Of a stretch of DNA of 64,000 bases, positions 49,178-59,751 are shown one piece after another (within the stretch, counting starts at the first letter, position 1; each line of letters begins with the position of its first letter). Under the pieces are notes generated by a model. The model saw nothing but the letters and a program-made list of their open reading frames with translations, did not search any database and was not told the origin of the DNA. Location: assembly GCA_963699545.1 (NCBI GenBank), contig CAVOUE010000010.1, positions 96,001 to 160,000 of the forward strand, read 5' to 3'. This stretch comes from Nitrospirota bacterium. Lineage in GTDB: Bacteria > Nitrospirota > Thermodesulfovibrionia > Thermodesulfovibrionales > UBA9159. The position numbers and the translations under genes were made by a program.

Positions 49178-50181
49178 TCCCGTTCTCCCTGCAGGTCCAT
49201 CCGGATTACCATTTCGACAAAATGATCCACCAGTGTGGGGTCCCACTGTCCGGTATGCCTTTCATCCGCGAGAACCTTCACGACCGAGGATGCCGACCTT
49301 CCTTCGCGGTAAGGTCTTCTCGATACCATGGCATCGAAGGAATCCACTATGGAGAGCATCCTGGCGGTCAAGGGTATCTCCTCACCACGGAGGCCGTCCG
49401 GAAAACCTCCGCCGTCCCACCGCTCATGGTGGCTCCTGATGACAGGGAGGATCGCCCTCACCGAGACGAGGGGTCTGCATATCTCCTCCCCAATGAGCGT
49501 ATGTCGCTTTACCGCTTCCAGCTCATCATCGGTCAGTCTCCCGTCCTTGCAAAGAAGGTCCGTGCTCACCCCTATTTTCCCTATGTCGTGGAGTATCCCC
49601 GCCTTTTTCATCTGTTCCTGCTCTTTCCTGCTGAATCCGAGGAAGGAGGAAAAGGCCATGGAGATGTCCCCGACCCGGGTGGAATGTCCCCGGGTATAGG
49701 GGTCCCTCGCCTCCATCGCTACCGCCAGGGTGAGTACCACGTTCTCTGAATGTTCCAGTTCGTCCTGGAGGGTCTTCAGCTTTATGAGGGATCTCACCTT
49801 GATGGTGAGCTCCGTGGCATCAAAAGGCTTGCTGATGAAGTCATCGGCGCCGCACTCAAGCCCGGTTATTCTGCTCTGCCTGTCGGTAAGGGCCGTCAGG
49901 AGCACGATGGGAAAGAACCGCTTTTCGGTCATGGACTTCAGTTTTCTGCAGAGTTCAAATCCGTCCATACCGGGCATCATTACATCAAGGACGGCTATGT
50001 CGATCTTATGGGTGTCGAATATGGAAAGGGCCGAGGAGGCGTCTAATGCACTGAACACCTCAAACCCTGCGCTTGTGAAGATCGCCTCCAGCAGTTCAAT
50101 GTTCGACCAGAGGTCATCTACCACGAGAACAGACGGCCTGTCCTCGGCAACAATGCCGGGCAGTGGAGCCAGTGGAGCCAT
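49159..50181 (-). CDS. Response regulator with HD-GYP phosphodiesterase domain
   Basis: VVDD, LDVMMP, HSTRV, LHDIGK, HHERWDGGGFP, RRPYR. Confidence 0.92.
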   Translation of the reverse strand: MAPLAPLPGIVAEDRPSVLVVDDLWSNIELLEAIFTSAGFEVFSALDASSALSIFDTHKIDIAVLDVMMPGMDGFELCRKLKSMTEKRFFPIVLLTALTDRQSRITGLECGADDFISKPFDATELTIKVRSLIKLKTLQDELEHSENVVLTLAVAMEARDPYTRGHSTRVGDISMAFSSFLGFSRKEQEQMKKAGILHDIGKIGVSTDLLCKDGRLTDDELEAVKRHTLIGEEICRPLVSVRAILPVIRSHHERWDGGGFPDGLRGEEIPLTARMLSIVDSFDAMVSRRPYREGRSASSVVKVLADERHTGQWDPTLVDHFVEMVIRMDLQGEREWSGLR

Positions 50182-50266
50182 AAGGAAATTAAAGCATCTC
50201 GGAGCAGATTTGTCAAGATTTTTCTTTTAATTTTTTAGAGTTAGGAATAAAACCTAACTTAAAACT

Positions 50267-50488
50267 TTACACCTGGAGCATGCGGACGCCTGCATAGTAA
50301 CAGCAGCATTCATTATCAAGGTCGTTTATGAACGATCTTTCGACACCGTCGTCAAAAAGGACTCTCACAAGACAGAAACCCCCGTCAAGGGTTGAATGGC
50401 TCTCTTCCACCACCACACCCCTGCCCCAGGCAAAATATCTCAGATGCCTGACCCTGTCGCCCACTTTCAGATAGAGCCTTGGTTTCAT
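50267..50488 (-). CDS. DUF3553-like small SH3-fold protein
   Basis: GDRVRH...WGRGVV...VLFDDG; C-terminal CCYYAG. Confidence 0.65.
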   Translation of the reverse strand: MKPRLYLKVGDRVRHLRYFAWGRGVVVEESHSTLDGGFCLVRVLFDDGVERSFINDLDNECCCYYAGVRMLQV

Positions 50489-50557
50489 TTTATATTATAA
50501 CACCCCCGGACCCGTGCTTCATTGCCTTTCCTTTTTGCATTGATGTATCATTCCAGA

Positions 50558-51561
50558 ATGATGAAACCATTTTCCACGACCGGCATAGGAAGCCTTCCCC
50601 ATCTTGACCCCGGGGAGGCATGCAAGCTCATCCTCGGAAGTTTTGACATCCCTTTCTGGCCCCAGCTTCCCCATGCTTCGTTCCTGGAGTGGATGATACC
50701 CCAGTATTCCGAGGGCATGCCCTTCATCAACATTAATATGACCACCGAAACTGTCGTTGTCAGACGGAACGAGAGCGATGAACTGGAGCGGTTTTATGAA
50801 ACATGCAGGGACGGGGCAAGGATCGCGATCTCCGATGACTACGCGCGGGGACTCCATGTCTTCCTCAAAATGATCAGGGGAAGACGTTTCGATACCCTCA
50901 AGGGCCAGATCACCGGTCCCCTGACCTTCACTCTCGGACTCAAGGACGGGGAGGGTAAGCTTGTCTATTTTGATGAAGAGCTGCGCGAAATATCATTGTT
51001 GCTTCTGCAGGCCAAGGCCAGGTGGCAGATAGACCAGCTGAGACCGCATGCTGACAACGTCTTTATATTCATGGATGAGCCGATTCTCTCTGCTCTGGGC
51101 AGCAGTACCTACCTCGGCGTGAGCAGGGAAGAGACGCTGAGACTCCTCAAAGAGACTGCGGCGGCGATCAGTGATACGGGGGGGATACCGGGGATCCACT
51201 GCTGCGCCAATGCTGACTGGACCCTTGCCATAGAGAGCGGCGCGAAGGTGATCAGTTTCGACGCATACCACTATTTCGACAACCTCGCAATCTACCGCAG
51301 CGAGATCAGGGGATTTCTCGAAGACGGCGGGTATCTTGCCTGGGGATCGTACCGACCACCGACGATATTGGTGAAGAGACCCCGGAATCGCTCATACATA
51401 CATTCAGCGCCAGGTTCGGGAAACTCAAGGAGCATATTCCCTCCGGTATCCTGGAATCTCAGACGCTCCTTACCCCTTCCTGCGGGACCGGTTCCCGGAC
51501 CGTGAAAGAGACCTTAAAGATATTCCAGCTGCTCATGCGGCTCAGGGAGGCATGTGGGTAA
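50558..51561 (+). CDS. Core (MetE catalytic-domain-only) methionine synthase-like protein (frameshift near 51350)
   Basis: GIGSLPH, WPQLP, KGQITGP, DEP, GIHCC, SFDAY, LTPSCG. Confidence 0.75.
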
Positions 51562-51587
51562 TCGTACCTCTTTCTAATAAGGAACCT

Positions 51588-52547
51588 ATGAAGAACTATT
51601 CGGGTAAAAGAATCTTGGTGACGGGAGGCGCAGGGTTCCTCGGGTCTTACCTGTGCGAAAGGCTTTTGCGCGAAGGGAACGACGTACTGTGTGTCGACAA
51701 TTTCTACACCGGGCGAAGGGCGAATATCGCGCACCTGATCGGGAATCCCTATTTCGAAGTCCTCAGGCACGACATCTGTTTCCCCTTGTATGTTGAAGTG
51801 GACGAGATCTACAATCTTGCATGCCCGGCTTCCCCGGTCCACTATCAGTTCGATCCCGTTCAAACTACAAAAACCTCTGTCCACGGTTCCATAAACATCC
51901 TCGGGCTCGCCAAGCGTGTCAAGGCAAAGATCCTTCAGGCGTCGACTTCGGAAGTCTATGGAGACCCTGCCGTCCATCCGCAGCCGGAAACCTATTGGGG
52001 GAATGTGAATCCTATCGGCACGAGGTCATGCTATGACGAGGGGAAGCGCTGTGCAGAAACCCTCTTCTTTGACTACTACAGACAGCATGCATTAAGGATA
52101 AAGATCGCACGAATATTTAATACCTATGGACCGAGGATGCATCCTAATGACGGGAGGGTGGTGAGCAACTTCGTTGTGCAGGCGCTGCAGGGGAAGGATA
52201 TCACGGTTTTTGGCACCGGCAGTCAGACAAGGAGTTTCTGCTATGTCAACGATCTCATAGACGGCCTGGTTAAGTTAATGGAGAGCCCGGATGACTTGAC
52301 AGGCCCGGTCAATCTGGGCAATCCCGTTGAGTTCTCGATATCTGAACTTGCGCAGAGGGTAATTGCACTGACGGGTTCAAGATCAAAGCTCGTCTTCAAA
52401 CCGCTTCCTCCGGATGACCCTGCACAAAGGCAGCCTGACATTACCCTGGCAAAGGAGAGACTCAAATGGACACCAAAGGTGTCCCTGGAAGAGGGGCTGA
52501 AACCGACAATAGACTATTTCAGGGATATCTCCTCAAAACAATTATGA
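51588..52547 (+). CDS. UDP-glucuronate decarboxylase (UDP-xylose synthase family)
   Basis: [41 protein letters not shown]. Confidence 0.93.
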   Translation: MKNYSGKRILVTGGAGFLGSYLCERLLREGNDVLCVDNFYTGRRANIAHLIGNPYFEVLRHDICFPLYVEVDEIYNLACPASPVHYQFDPVQTTKTSVHGSINILGLAKRVKAKILQASTSEVYGDPAVHPQPETYWGNVNPIGTRSCYDEGKRCAETLFFDYYRQHALRIKIARIFNTYGPRMHPNDGRVVSNFVVQALQGKDITVFGTGSQTRSFCYVNDLIDGLVKLMESPDDLTGPVNLGNPVEFSISELAQRVIALTGSRSKLVFKPLPPDDPAQRQPDITLAKERLKWTPKVSLEEGLKPTIDYFRDISSKQL

Positions 52548-52613
52548 CCGAACCAGGACCGACCGGATGATTCAACAGCTGGTGCGGAAAACGTTTCTGC
52601 CGTGAACAGGGAT

Positions 52614-53180
52614 ATGAACACAGGGCTGTGCGGAAGTCACAGGACGGGAAAAACAACGCTGGCCGAAGAGATCTCAAAAAGAACAGGGATCCCGTTTGTC
52701 AGGACCGGTACCTCGGAGGTATTCAGGGAGTGCGGCTTGGATCCCTCCGGTCCATTGGACTTCAAGAAGAGGCTCTGGATCCAGAACGAAATACTGGATG
52801 CAGCAGAGCGTGTATGGAATGCAGGGCAAGGCCGGTTTATCACGGACAGGACTCCGCTGGACATGGCCGCTTATACGCTGGCAGACATCCAGGGGTGTAC
52901 AGAGGCGGATTTCGTCGGTCTGGAAAGATACCTTGTTCGCTGTTTCGAAGCAACGAACAGGTTTTTCGCGCTGCTCGTGTTGATACAGCCAGGCATCCCT
53001 CTGGTGCATCAGGAAGGGAAGGCTGCTTTAAATGAGGGGTACCTTGAACATCTCAACTACCTGATCCTCGGCCTTTGTCAGGATGAGCGCGTCAGAAGCA
53101 AACTCCTCTGCCTGCCGCGTGATGTGACAGGCATGGATGATCGGGTCAATATCATTCTGAGCGCTCTTGATAAAAGATGA
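52614..53180 (+). CDS. P-loop NTPase/kinase (AAA_28-like)
   Basis: GSHRTGKTT Walker A; ITDRTPLD. Confidence 0.75.
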   Translation: MNTGLCGSHRTGKTTLAEEISKRTGIPFVRTGTSEVFRECGLDPSGPLDFKKRLWIQNEILDAAERVWNAGQGRFITDRTPLDMAAYTLADIQGCTEADFVGLERYLVRCFEATNRFFALLVLIQPGIPLVHQEGKAALNEGYLEHLNYLILGLCQDERVRSKLLCLPRDVTGMDDRVNIILSALDKR

Positions 53181-53259
53181 TCTGACTGACAAAAGAGCGG
53201 GTTACTTGTACCCATCCCTTCTGTTAAACTGGAACGTATAGAGTCCGCGGAGGTGTGAT

Positions 53260-55045
53260 ATGGCGCAGTTCAAGAACCGTGAGGAGTATGAGCGGTGGAA
53301 AGCCGAGAGGAGCAAACAGGCCGCTCACAAGGGAACTGCACCTGATAGTGCTCAAGAGAAGCAGCCATCGGAACCTGCCGCTCCCGAAGTGATGCGCCGG
53401 AGTCCGGGTCCCCCCGGAGGTCTCCCGGGCATCGGCGAACTCTTCGGCCGCACCTGGGAAGTTTGCAAGGGGAGATTCGGTACCCTGATTGCTCTTTACC
53501 TCCTGATGATCCTTCTTTTCATCCTGCCCTTGGCGGTCTTCGGCGGGACTGGTTTTGCTCTTACCCTTGTCCTTCCTGATCTGAAAGCGATCCTGCTCGG
53601 AGTTTCTCTTACCATCGGCATTGTCACTTCCATGGTTACGCTCTTCTGGGGAATGTCCGGACTCCTTTATGCCGTGACGGACGACACCTTGACCGTCAGG
53701 GGGGCCCTCACCAGTGGGTGGCCAAAGGTTGGGGGGCTTATATGGCTTCTTTCGGTGCTGGGATTCCTGACCACCGGCGGCTTTCTCCTCCTTTTCATAC
53801 CCGGCGTGATCTTCACAGTATGGTTCATCTTCGGCCAGTTCATCTTTATTGAGGAGGATGAGAGGGGCATGCGGGCGCTTCTCAAGAGCAAGGAATTTGT
53901 GAGAGGGTATGGCTTCGATGTCTTTGTCAGACTCCTTTTGATATGGCTCATCTCCACACTCCTTGGTCTCGTCCCTTTCGTCGGGCCTCTCCTGTCGTTC
54001 CTTTTCCTTCCCTTTGTCATGATCTATTCCTATCTCATCTATCAGGACCTGAAAACACTCAAGGGCGATGTTTCCCTATCTGCAACAGCCGGCGAAAAGA
54101 TCAAGTGGCTTGGGACTGCGGTACTCGGATATGTCCTGGTCCCTGTCCTCGCAATCTCCCTTTTCGGAGCTCCACTGCTGTCGTCATTTCTTCTTATCAA
54201 GGGGATGTTGTCTTCGCCGGAGATTGGGGTATTTTCGCCCGCCCCGCCGGCGGATAAAGGCGCTCCGCAATCATCCGATGTCGTTCGTCCTTCGAACTTC
54301 AACGAACTGCTCGGTACCTGGTCGGGGAGAGAAATTGGCCGGGGCTCGGGGTGGACATTCAGCTTCTCGGAAGGCTATAACGTTCACGTAGTCGACCCGG
54401 AAGGCCGCTGGTACCGAGGGAAGGCAGGTATTCACTGGAAACTCGGCGGGGATGAAAGAGGGCTTCAGGTGCCTCCGGGGGCCGGTGTCCTTGATATCGA
54501 TCTGACGGAATCCTCAGCGGGCGATTATGCAGGAAAGACCTCTGTAGGCGCCTTCTCGATCTATGGCGGCACGACCCTGAAGCTCTGCAGCGGAGAGCCG
54601 GGGAAGACAAAGCGGCCCGAATCCTTTGAGCCGACCGCCGGCATCAGGTGCTTTGAGCTTACAAAGACGGCCGCTGCTCCGCCTCCTCCGCCGTCTCCAG
54701 GGGTATCTCAGACCACTGCGCAGCCGTCAGCCGCCCCGGCGGCTGACGATGAGGAGAACAAGGGCCGCGCGCGCCGTCTATAAACGCTGTGCCGCGGCAT
54801 ATCGTTCTGGTAACATCACTGAAGCAAAGACGTACATCTCACGGGCCACCCTTGCGGAGATGGAGCGGAGCGGTCAGGTCGATATGGCGATGGGGATGAT
54901 CAGCGGAATGAATATCGACGAATTCCAGGCCCGCCGGGAAGGCAGCAGGATCACCTTCAAACAGTCCCAAAAGCAGGGCGACGCCACCATGAGCATGTCG
55001 TTCACGATGGTCAAGGAGGATAATCAATGGAAGGTCGGGAATTAG
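53260..55045 (+). CDS. Multi-pass membrane protein with Pro-linked soluble domains (frameshift near 54770)
   Basis: About seven TM segments; ALLKSKEFVRG motif; final domain continues to VKEDNQWKV. Confidence 0.7.
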
Positions 55046-55052
55046 ACCGGCC

Positions 55053-56783
55053 TCATTCTATTTGTTTGAGAGCATATCTTGCAGCGTCACGGACAGCCGG
55101 ACTGGGATCGCTCAATGCCTCTTTGAGGGCAGGGATCGCATCTTTCGCGGCCGGACCGATCCTCCCGAGCGCTCGTGCTGCCTGAAAGCGGATAATGTTC
55201 GGAGAGACTTCATAGGTATTTGTTTTCTGACATTTAAGCTGTTCGATGAGAGCAGGTACGGCCGGCGCTGCCCGGGGGCCGAAGCGGCTTAGCGCGATGA
55301 TAGACAGCTGTATTACCTGTGCGCGGCGGTCCCCGAGACTTTTGATCAGATGAGGTATCGCTTCCTCAGCCTGTGGACCGGCTGCGGCGAACATCATCAT
55401 CAGCGCCTGTATGGCCGGCTCTCTGAAACGGGTATTCTCATATCCTATCGCTTCGATTATCGCCGACAGGGCATCAAGAGATTGCGGCGTCAGCCCTTTC
55501 ACATATTTTTCAAACCTGAAAAGCCTCATGTCGCGGGAATAGTCGATTCCATCGCCTGATCCAGGTTCAGGGCCCCGCCAGTAAGCGCTGCGCCAGGAAT
55601 CGGGCGGCGGAGCCTGCCGCCATGGCTGCTGGGCGGTCCACATGACCGTGACCGATGAGGTTATCCAGACGAGCGCCCAGAAAAGCACTCTTCTGAACCC
55701 TCTCATGATATGCCTTTTGGCGCTCTGCTGATCACCGTCAGTGATAAAGAACACGTCGTGGATGTCCTTTCCCCTGGGCGGCCGGATGGCTCCGAACAAT
55801 GTCTTCCAGAGCACCTCGTTCCAGCCGGGCCGGGTCGCGGGCTTTATAACGAGGCTTCCTGACTCATCCCTTTCAGCGTTACCGATAACATAGACGCTGT
55901 CTCCGTACTGAAGGGTCAGTCTGATGGCATCACTGAATTCGTCCCTGACCTTCCGTCTTCCCAAGACGATCTCCCTCACGCCGAAAATAGCGGCCACCTC
56001 CGAGACCCAGCCGGCCCTGACCCTGCACTCCGTGGCGTCCACAAGTACCGAACCGGTCTTGTCCTCAAGTAAAAAACGCTCTATCCGCTGGCTTGGAACC
56101 AGGTAGTTGAACATGCCGTAGGAAAGTTCCACCGCAGGCTCCCGCCCCGCTCCGGCAAGTGGTCTGACCGTGCCGCTTACCTCCACCAGTCCGATCGCCA
56201 GCGCTCCGACCTTCGATGTTGCGAGGTTTTCCACCTGACGGACCTGCCTGAACCTCCAGGTCGCGTCAACCAGCAACCATGAGGCAACCCCGAAGATACC
56301 GCAGAGGCCGATGATGCCGTCCATTGTTGTCCATCCCTTCCCTACGGTGAGCACCTCCCAGGAATTCCCGGCAGGTCGGCCAAGCGCTAAATACCCCGCG
56401 ATGGGGGCCAGCCGCAACGGTGCAATTATACCCACGGCAAATATGCTTCCTGTTAACAAAAGAATGATAAGCCCGGAGACAGGCTGACGCGCCTCTCCCC
56501 TTTTAAATATCATCGAGTAAATTGCCTGCAGCAGTGCACCGCATATCAATACGCCGGCAAATATCGGAATCCAGATGATCGAATACAGATAGACAAGGAC
56601 CGAAACAACAAGGGATATGGCCCGCAGGACGATATTCCTTATGCTGATGTTGAGGGAAGGAAGAAGCTTGCCTATCAGTCTGTCACTCTGTCTGGCAGGC
56701 GGCTTCTGCCACCAGTCGTAGGGCAGGAAAAAGATGAGGCCCAGCAAAACAACAAGGCCAACGACCAGGAAAAAGATTGTCAT
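55053..56783 (-). CDS. GIDE/BAM-domain membrane protein with C-terminal HEAT repeats
   Basis: VENLATSKVGALAIGLVEVSG, FLLEDKTGSVLVD and VYVIG match GIDE/BAM; AARALGRIGPAAKDAIPAL repeats. Confidence 0.75.
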   Translation of the reverse strand: MTIFFLVVGLVVLLGLIFFLPYDWWQKPPARQSDRLIGKLLPSLNISIRNIVLRAISLVVSVLVYLYSIIWIPIFAGVLICGALLQAIYSMIFKRGEARQPVSGLIILLLTGSIFAVGIIAPLRLAPIAGYLALGRPAGNSWEVLTVGKGWTTMDGIIGLCGIFGVASWLLVDATWRFRQVRQVENLATSKVGALAIGLVEVSGTVRPLAGAGREPAVELSYGMFNYLVPSQRIERFLLEDKTGSVLVDATECRVRAGWVSEVAAIFGVREIVLGRRKVRDEFSDAIRLTLQYGDSVYVIGNAERDESGSLVIKPATRPGWNEVLWKTLFGAIRPPRGKDIHDVFFITDGDQQSAKRHIMRGFRRVLFWALVWITSSVTVMWTAQQPWRQAPPPDSWRSAYWRGPEPGSGDGIDYSRDMRLFRFEKYVKGLTPQSLDALSAIIEAIGYENTRFREPAIQALMMMFAAAGPQAEEAIPHLIKSLGDRRAQVIQLSIIALSRFGPRAAPAVPALIEQLKCQKTNTYEVSPNIIRFQAARALGRIGPAAKDAIPALKEALSDPSPAVRDAARYALKQIE

Positions 56784-57331
56784 AATCTCCTTTCCTCAGG
56801 GATTTCAAGGAGCGGGTGATGTCTGAGACCCAGCATCCAGGCGAAGATGACCTGAGGGAAGATCTCTCTCTGTGTATTATAAATCGTTACCGTCTCGTTG
56901 AAGAAGACACGGCGGTCGGCGATGGATGATTCGAGGCTCGAGATCCTCTGCTGAAGCTGCAGGAACGACTCATTTGCCTTGAGCTGCGGGTACCCCTCCC
57001 AGACAGCCTTCAGGGACCCCATCTTTTCGACCATCTCATTCTCGATCTTCGTCTTCTGATCCGTCCGTTTTGCTGAACCGTAGAGCGTACGCAGTTTCGT
57101 TAGTGATTCAAGGATGCCTTGCTCATACCGGACATAGGCCCTCGTCACATCGATCAGTTTCGGGATCTCTTCGTTACGCTGGATAAGGAGGACATCAATA
57201 TTCGCCCATGCCTTGCCGATGTTGTTCCTGACCTGGATCAGGCTGTTGAAGAGGCTGATTATGTAGCCGATGCCGCCTGCAGCAAGGAAGAGAAGGATAA
57301 CCACCACGACGAACACAAGTCCGGATTTCAC
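56780..57331 (-). CDS. LemA family protein
   Basis: TM anchor; AWANIDVLLIQR, EGYPQLKANESFLQLQ, IADRRVFFN. Confidence 0.92.
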   Translation of the reverse strand: MKSGLVFVVVVILLFLAAGGIGYIISLFNSLIQVRNNIGKAWANIDVLLIQRNEEIPKLIDVTRAYVRYEQGILESLTKLRTLYGSAKRTDQKTKIENEMVEKMGSLKAVWEGYPQLKANESFLQLQQRISSLESSIADRRVFFNETVTIYNTQREIFPQVIFAWMLGLRHHPLLEIPEERRL

Positions 57332-57427
57332 ACTATCCCCCTCATAAGAATCAACGAAACAGATAGAGCGGCAAGTGTCAGCGCCGCACCAACACTGAAC
57401 AGAACATTCAATAGAGCGCTGAGACCT

Positions 57428-58978
57428 TCATCTCTCCACTTCAATGAATCCCGCGTTATTATTCAGGATCTGGCCGGTGCCGTCATCCTTTACAAACTGC
57501 GCGTGGAGAAAGAGTGATACCGAGTACTTGCCGGGACCAATGCCTGATGCGAGCATGACATTGTCCCATGAATGCTCTCCTGCTGTGTTTGCATCGAATG
57601 TCTTCTCGATCGGCTGACTCAGGCTTCCGCCTTTCACTCTGAGTGTGTATTTTACAAAGGCGGGAAGGGTAACGAGTCCCTTCTGAGTTCTTGAGAGTCC
57701 TGCTATGACATCATGTCCGACATAGATCTTCCCTGATGAATAAACCGCATCTCCCTTTGCCTCAGCAGACCATTCGATATGCCCGATAGTGTCTTCCTTG
57801 ATCGGGAGGAAGGAGTTCTTCTCCCACGCGTACGTAACTGGAGCGCCTAACTTTCTGAGGGCCATTCTTATTCCCGAGGCAGTGATCCTTGTCCTGTCCC
57901 TCAGCAACGAGTCGAGCACTTGGATCGCCTGGGGCCGCGCCCCCTTCCTGGCAAGCTCATCAGCAATCTCTCCGGTATGAAAGTGGTCTTTTTTCAGAGC
58001 TTCGATAAGCTCCGGCACCTGCATCTGGCTGATCTGTGATGTACTGAGAAAGGCGCTGCCCGATACGGAGTCGGCCTGCTTAGGTTCAAGTCCCTTGCAG
58101 GATTCCATAGGGGCATTCATTCTCTGCAGAGAAAGGTTGATGGTCCTTAATACACTCGTCTCTGCCGGAGATGTTCCTTGTTTGTCATAAAAATAGCATC
58201 GTGCCTTGTTGAGGGAAGGGACAGCATCAATGCCGATTCCAGCCAGCGCAACGGCTGCGTCACCCTTCACATTGACGTTTTCCTGAGGGTTCATGATGGC
58301 TGCGAGAAGATCGTTCTCAGCATTTTTCGCTTTCGGTCCCATCTTTGCAATCGCCATGGCTGCATCCCAACGGATGGTGACGTTGTTCGGGTCGGACGTA
58401 TCCCAGTACTTAAGGGCACGCACCAGATGCGGCAACCCCACTTCACCGATACCGGCCAGCCCCTCCATCGCTCCCTGCCGCAGGTGGAGGTCTTTATCCG
58501 TCACGTAGGGTGCCAGAACTCCTGTCGCACCTGCAGCGTCTTTGCCTTTGAGCCCCAGTGCCTTCGCATAGGTTGCATGGAGGGCGGTCTGAGTACGATC
58601 CGGCACCGTTCCCCAAGCCCCGATAAGCTGCTCTACGCTCATCGCCCGCGCCGTTTCTTCTGCATTACCGGGCGGGTATTTCCATTCTTTACCCTGGACC
58701 TTTTGGGCAATACTCTTCACCCCTCTCATACCACCACTGCGGAAAAAGAAAAAGCCGCCTACAGACAGAATGACAAGGGCAGTTCCGATGAGGACAATGG
58801 GAATGGCGCTCCTTTTCTTTTTCGGCTCGATAGTAACCCGAGGCGGGGGTTCAGGTTCCTGCTTCGGTTCAGGCGCTTTCTGCCGGGGCCTCCATTTAGA
58901 GAAGATGATCCCGCAATAGGGACATTCGCTCTCTCCCTCACTAACGGATTTCTGGCAATTCGGACAGATCTTGCTCAT
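57428..58978 (-). CDS. Zinc-ribbon, TM, HEAT-repeat protein
   Basis: CPNC...CPYC; single TM; AMEGLAGIG, AAMAIAKMG and AAVALAGIG repeats. Confidence 0.75.
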   Translation of the reverse strand: MSKICPNCQKSVSEGESECPYCGIIFSKWRPRQKAPEPKQEPEPPPRVTIEPKKKRSAIPIVLIGTALVILSVGGFFFFRSGGMRGVKSIAQKVQGKEWKYPPGNAEETARAMSVEQLIGAWGTVPDRTQTALHATYAKALGLKGKDAAGATGVLAPYVTDKDLHLRQGAMEGLAGIGEVGLPHLVRALKYWDTSDPNNVTIRWDAAMAIAKMGPKAKNAENDLLAAIMNPQENVNVKGDAAVALAGIGIDAVPSLNKARCYFYDKQGTSPAETSVLRTINLSLQRMNAPMESCKGLEPKQADSVSGSAFLSTSQISQMQVPELIEALKKDHFHTGEIADELARKGARPQAIQVLDSLLRDRTRITASGIRMALRKLGAPVTYAWEKNSFLPIKEDTIGHIEWSAEAKGDAVYSSGKIYVGHDVIAGLSRTQKGLVTLPAFVKYTLRVKGGSLSQPIEKTFDANTAGEHSWDNVMLASGIGPGKYSVSLFLHAQFVKDDGTGQILNNNAGFIEVER

Positions 58979-59005
58979 TATCTCCTCCCGCTCGTGTGAT
59001 ATCGA

Positions 59006-59572
59006 TCAGGAAAAATCCATCTTCACATCTTTCCTTTTTTCTTCAGGTATCTCAAGGAACGTCTGTCTCTGATAGTTCATACTGCGGGCAAGGACGAGGT
59101 CTGGGAAACGCTCGATCTGGATATTAAAGATGTTCACCGCGTCGTTGAACGCTTCACGGTAGTCGGCGATCTTCGATTCAATCGCCGAGACCCTGTCCTG
59201 TATCTGGAGGAAGCTCTGCACCGCCTTCAGGTCAGGATACTGCTCCCAGACCATCTTCAGTTTTTCAAGGAGCTTGCTCAGCTCATTCTCGACCCTGATC
59301 TTTTCCTGTATTTCCTTTGCCATGGTGTAGCCCGTCCGGAGTTCAGTAATCTTCGTGAGGAGATCTTTTTCATGCTTCATATACGCCTTGCAGGCATCGA
59401 TGAGTTTCGGCAGTTCGTCATTCCTCTGTTGCAAAACAACATCGATGTTTTTCCATGTCTTCTGGACGTTGTTCCGGACAGTGATCAGTCCGTTATAGAC
59501 AGCTACACCAACACCGATAATCCCGAGCGTTAAAATACCGATAACGATAAGAACAATCAAACCTGCTGACAT
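59006..59572 (-). CDS. LemA family protein
   Basis: TM anchor; WKNIDVVLQQR, EQYPDLKA, IADYREAFND, FPD. Confidence 0.92.
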   Translation of the reverse strand: MSAGLIVLIVIGILTLGIIGVGVAVYNGLITVRNNVQKTWKNIDVVLQQRNDELPKLIDACKAYMKHEKDLLTKITELRTGYTMAKEIQEKIRVENELSKLLEKLKMVWEQYPDLKAVQSFLQIQDRVSAIESKIADYREAFNDAVNIFNIQIERFPDLVLARSMNYQRQTFLEIPEEKRKDVKMDFS

Positions 59573-59682
59573 ATGTCTTTCCTCCTTGACGAGATAAGGA
59601 CGTATCCTATTGTCTCATACTTGCAAGGCTATTTCAAAGACTCTTCCATAAACATGGCAGGTCATCAGCATTCAATAATCCG

Positions 59683-59718
59683 GAGGGAGGGGCGGCCCTC
59701 CGGGAATGCCCCTCCCTC
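59683..59718. terminator. GC-rich hairpin after the Cys-rich mini-gene
   Basis: GAGGGAGGGGC / GCCCCTCCCTC 11-bp inverted repeat. Confidence 0.5.
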
Positions 59719-59751
59719 TCTTTGTGCTATGCCATCAGGCAGGCAAGATGA

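Noticed and set aside
56780-59572. LemA genes considered as magnetosome mamQ
   Set aside because: No other mam/mad genes in the window; ordinary LemA length and motifs
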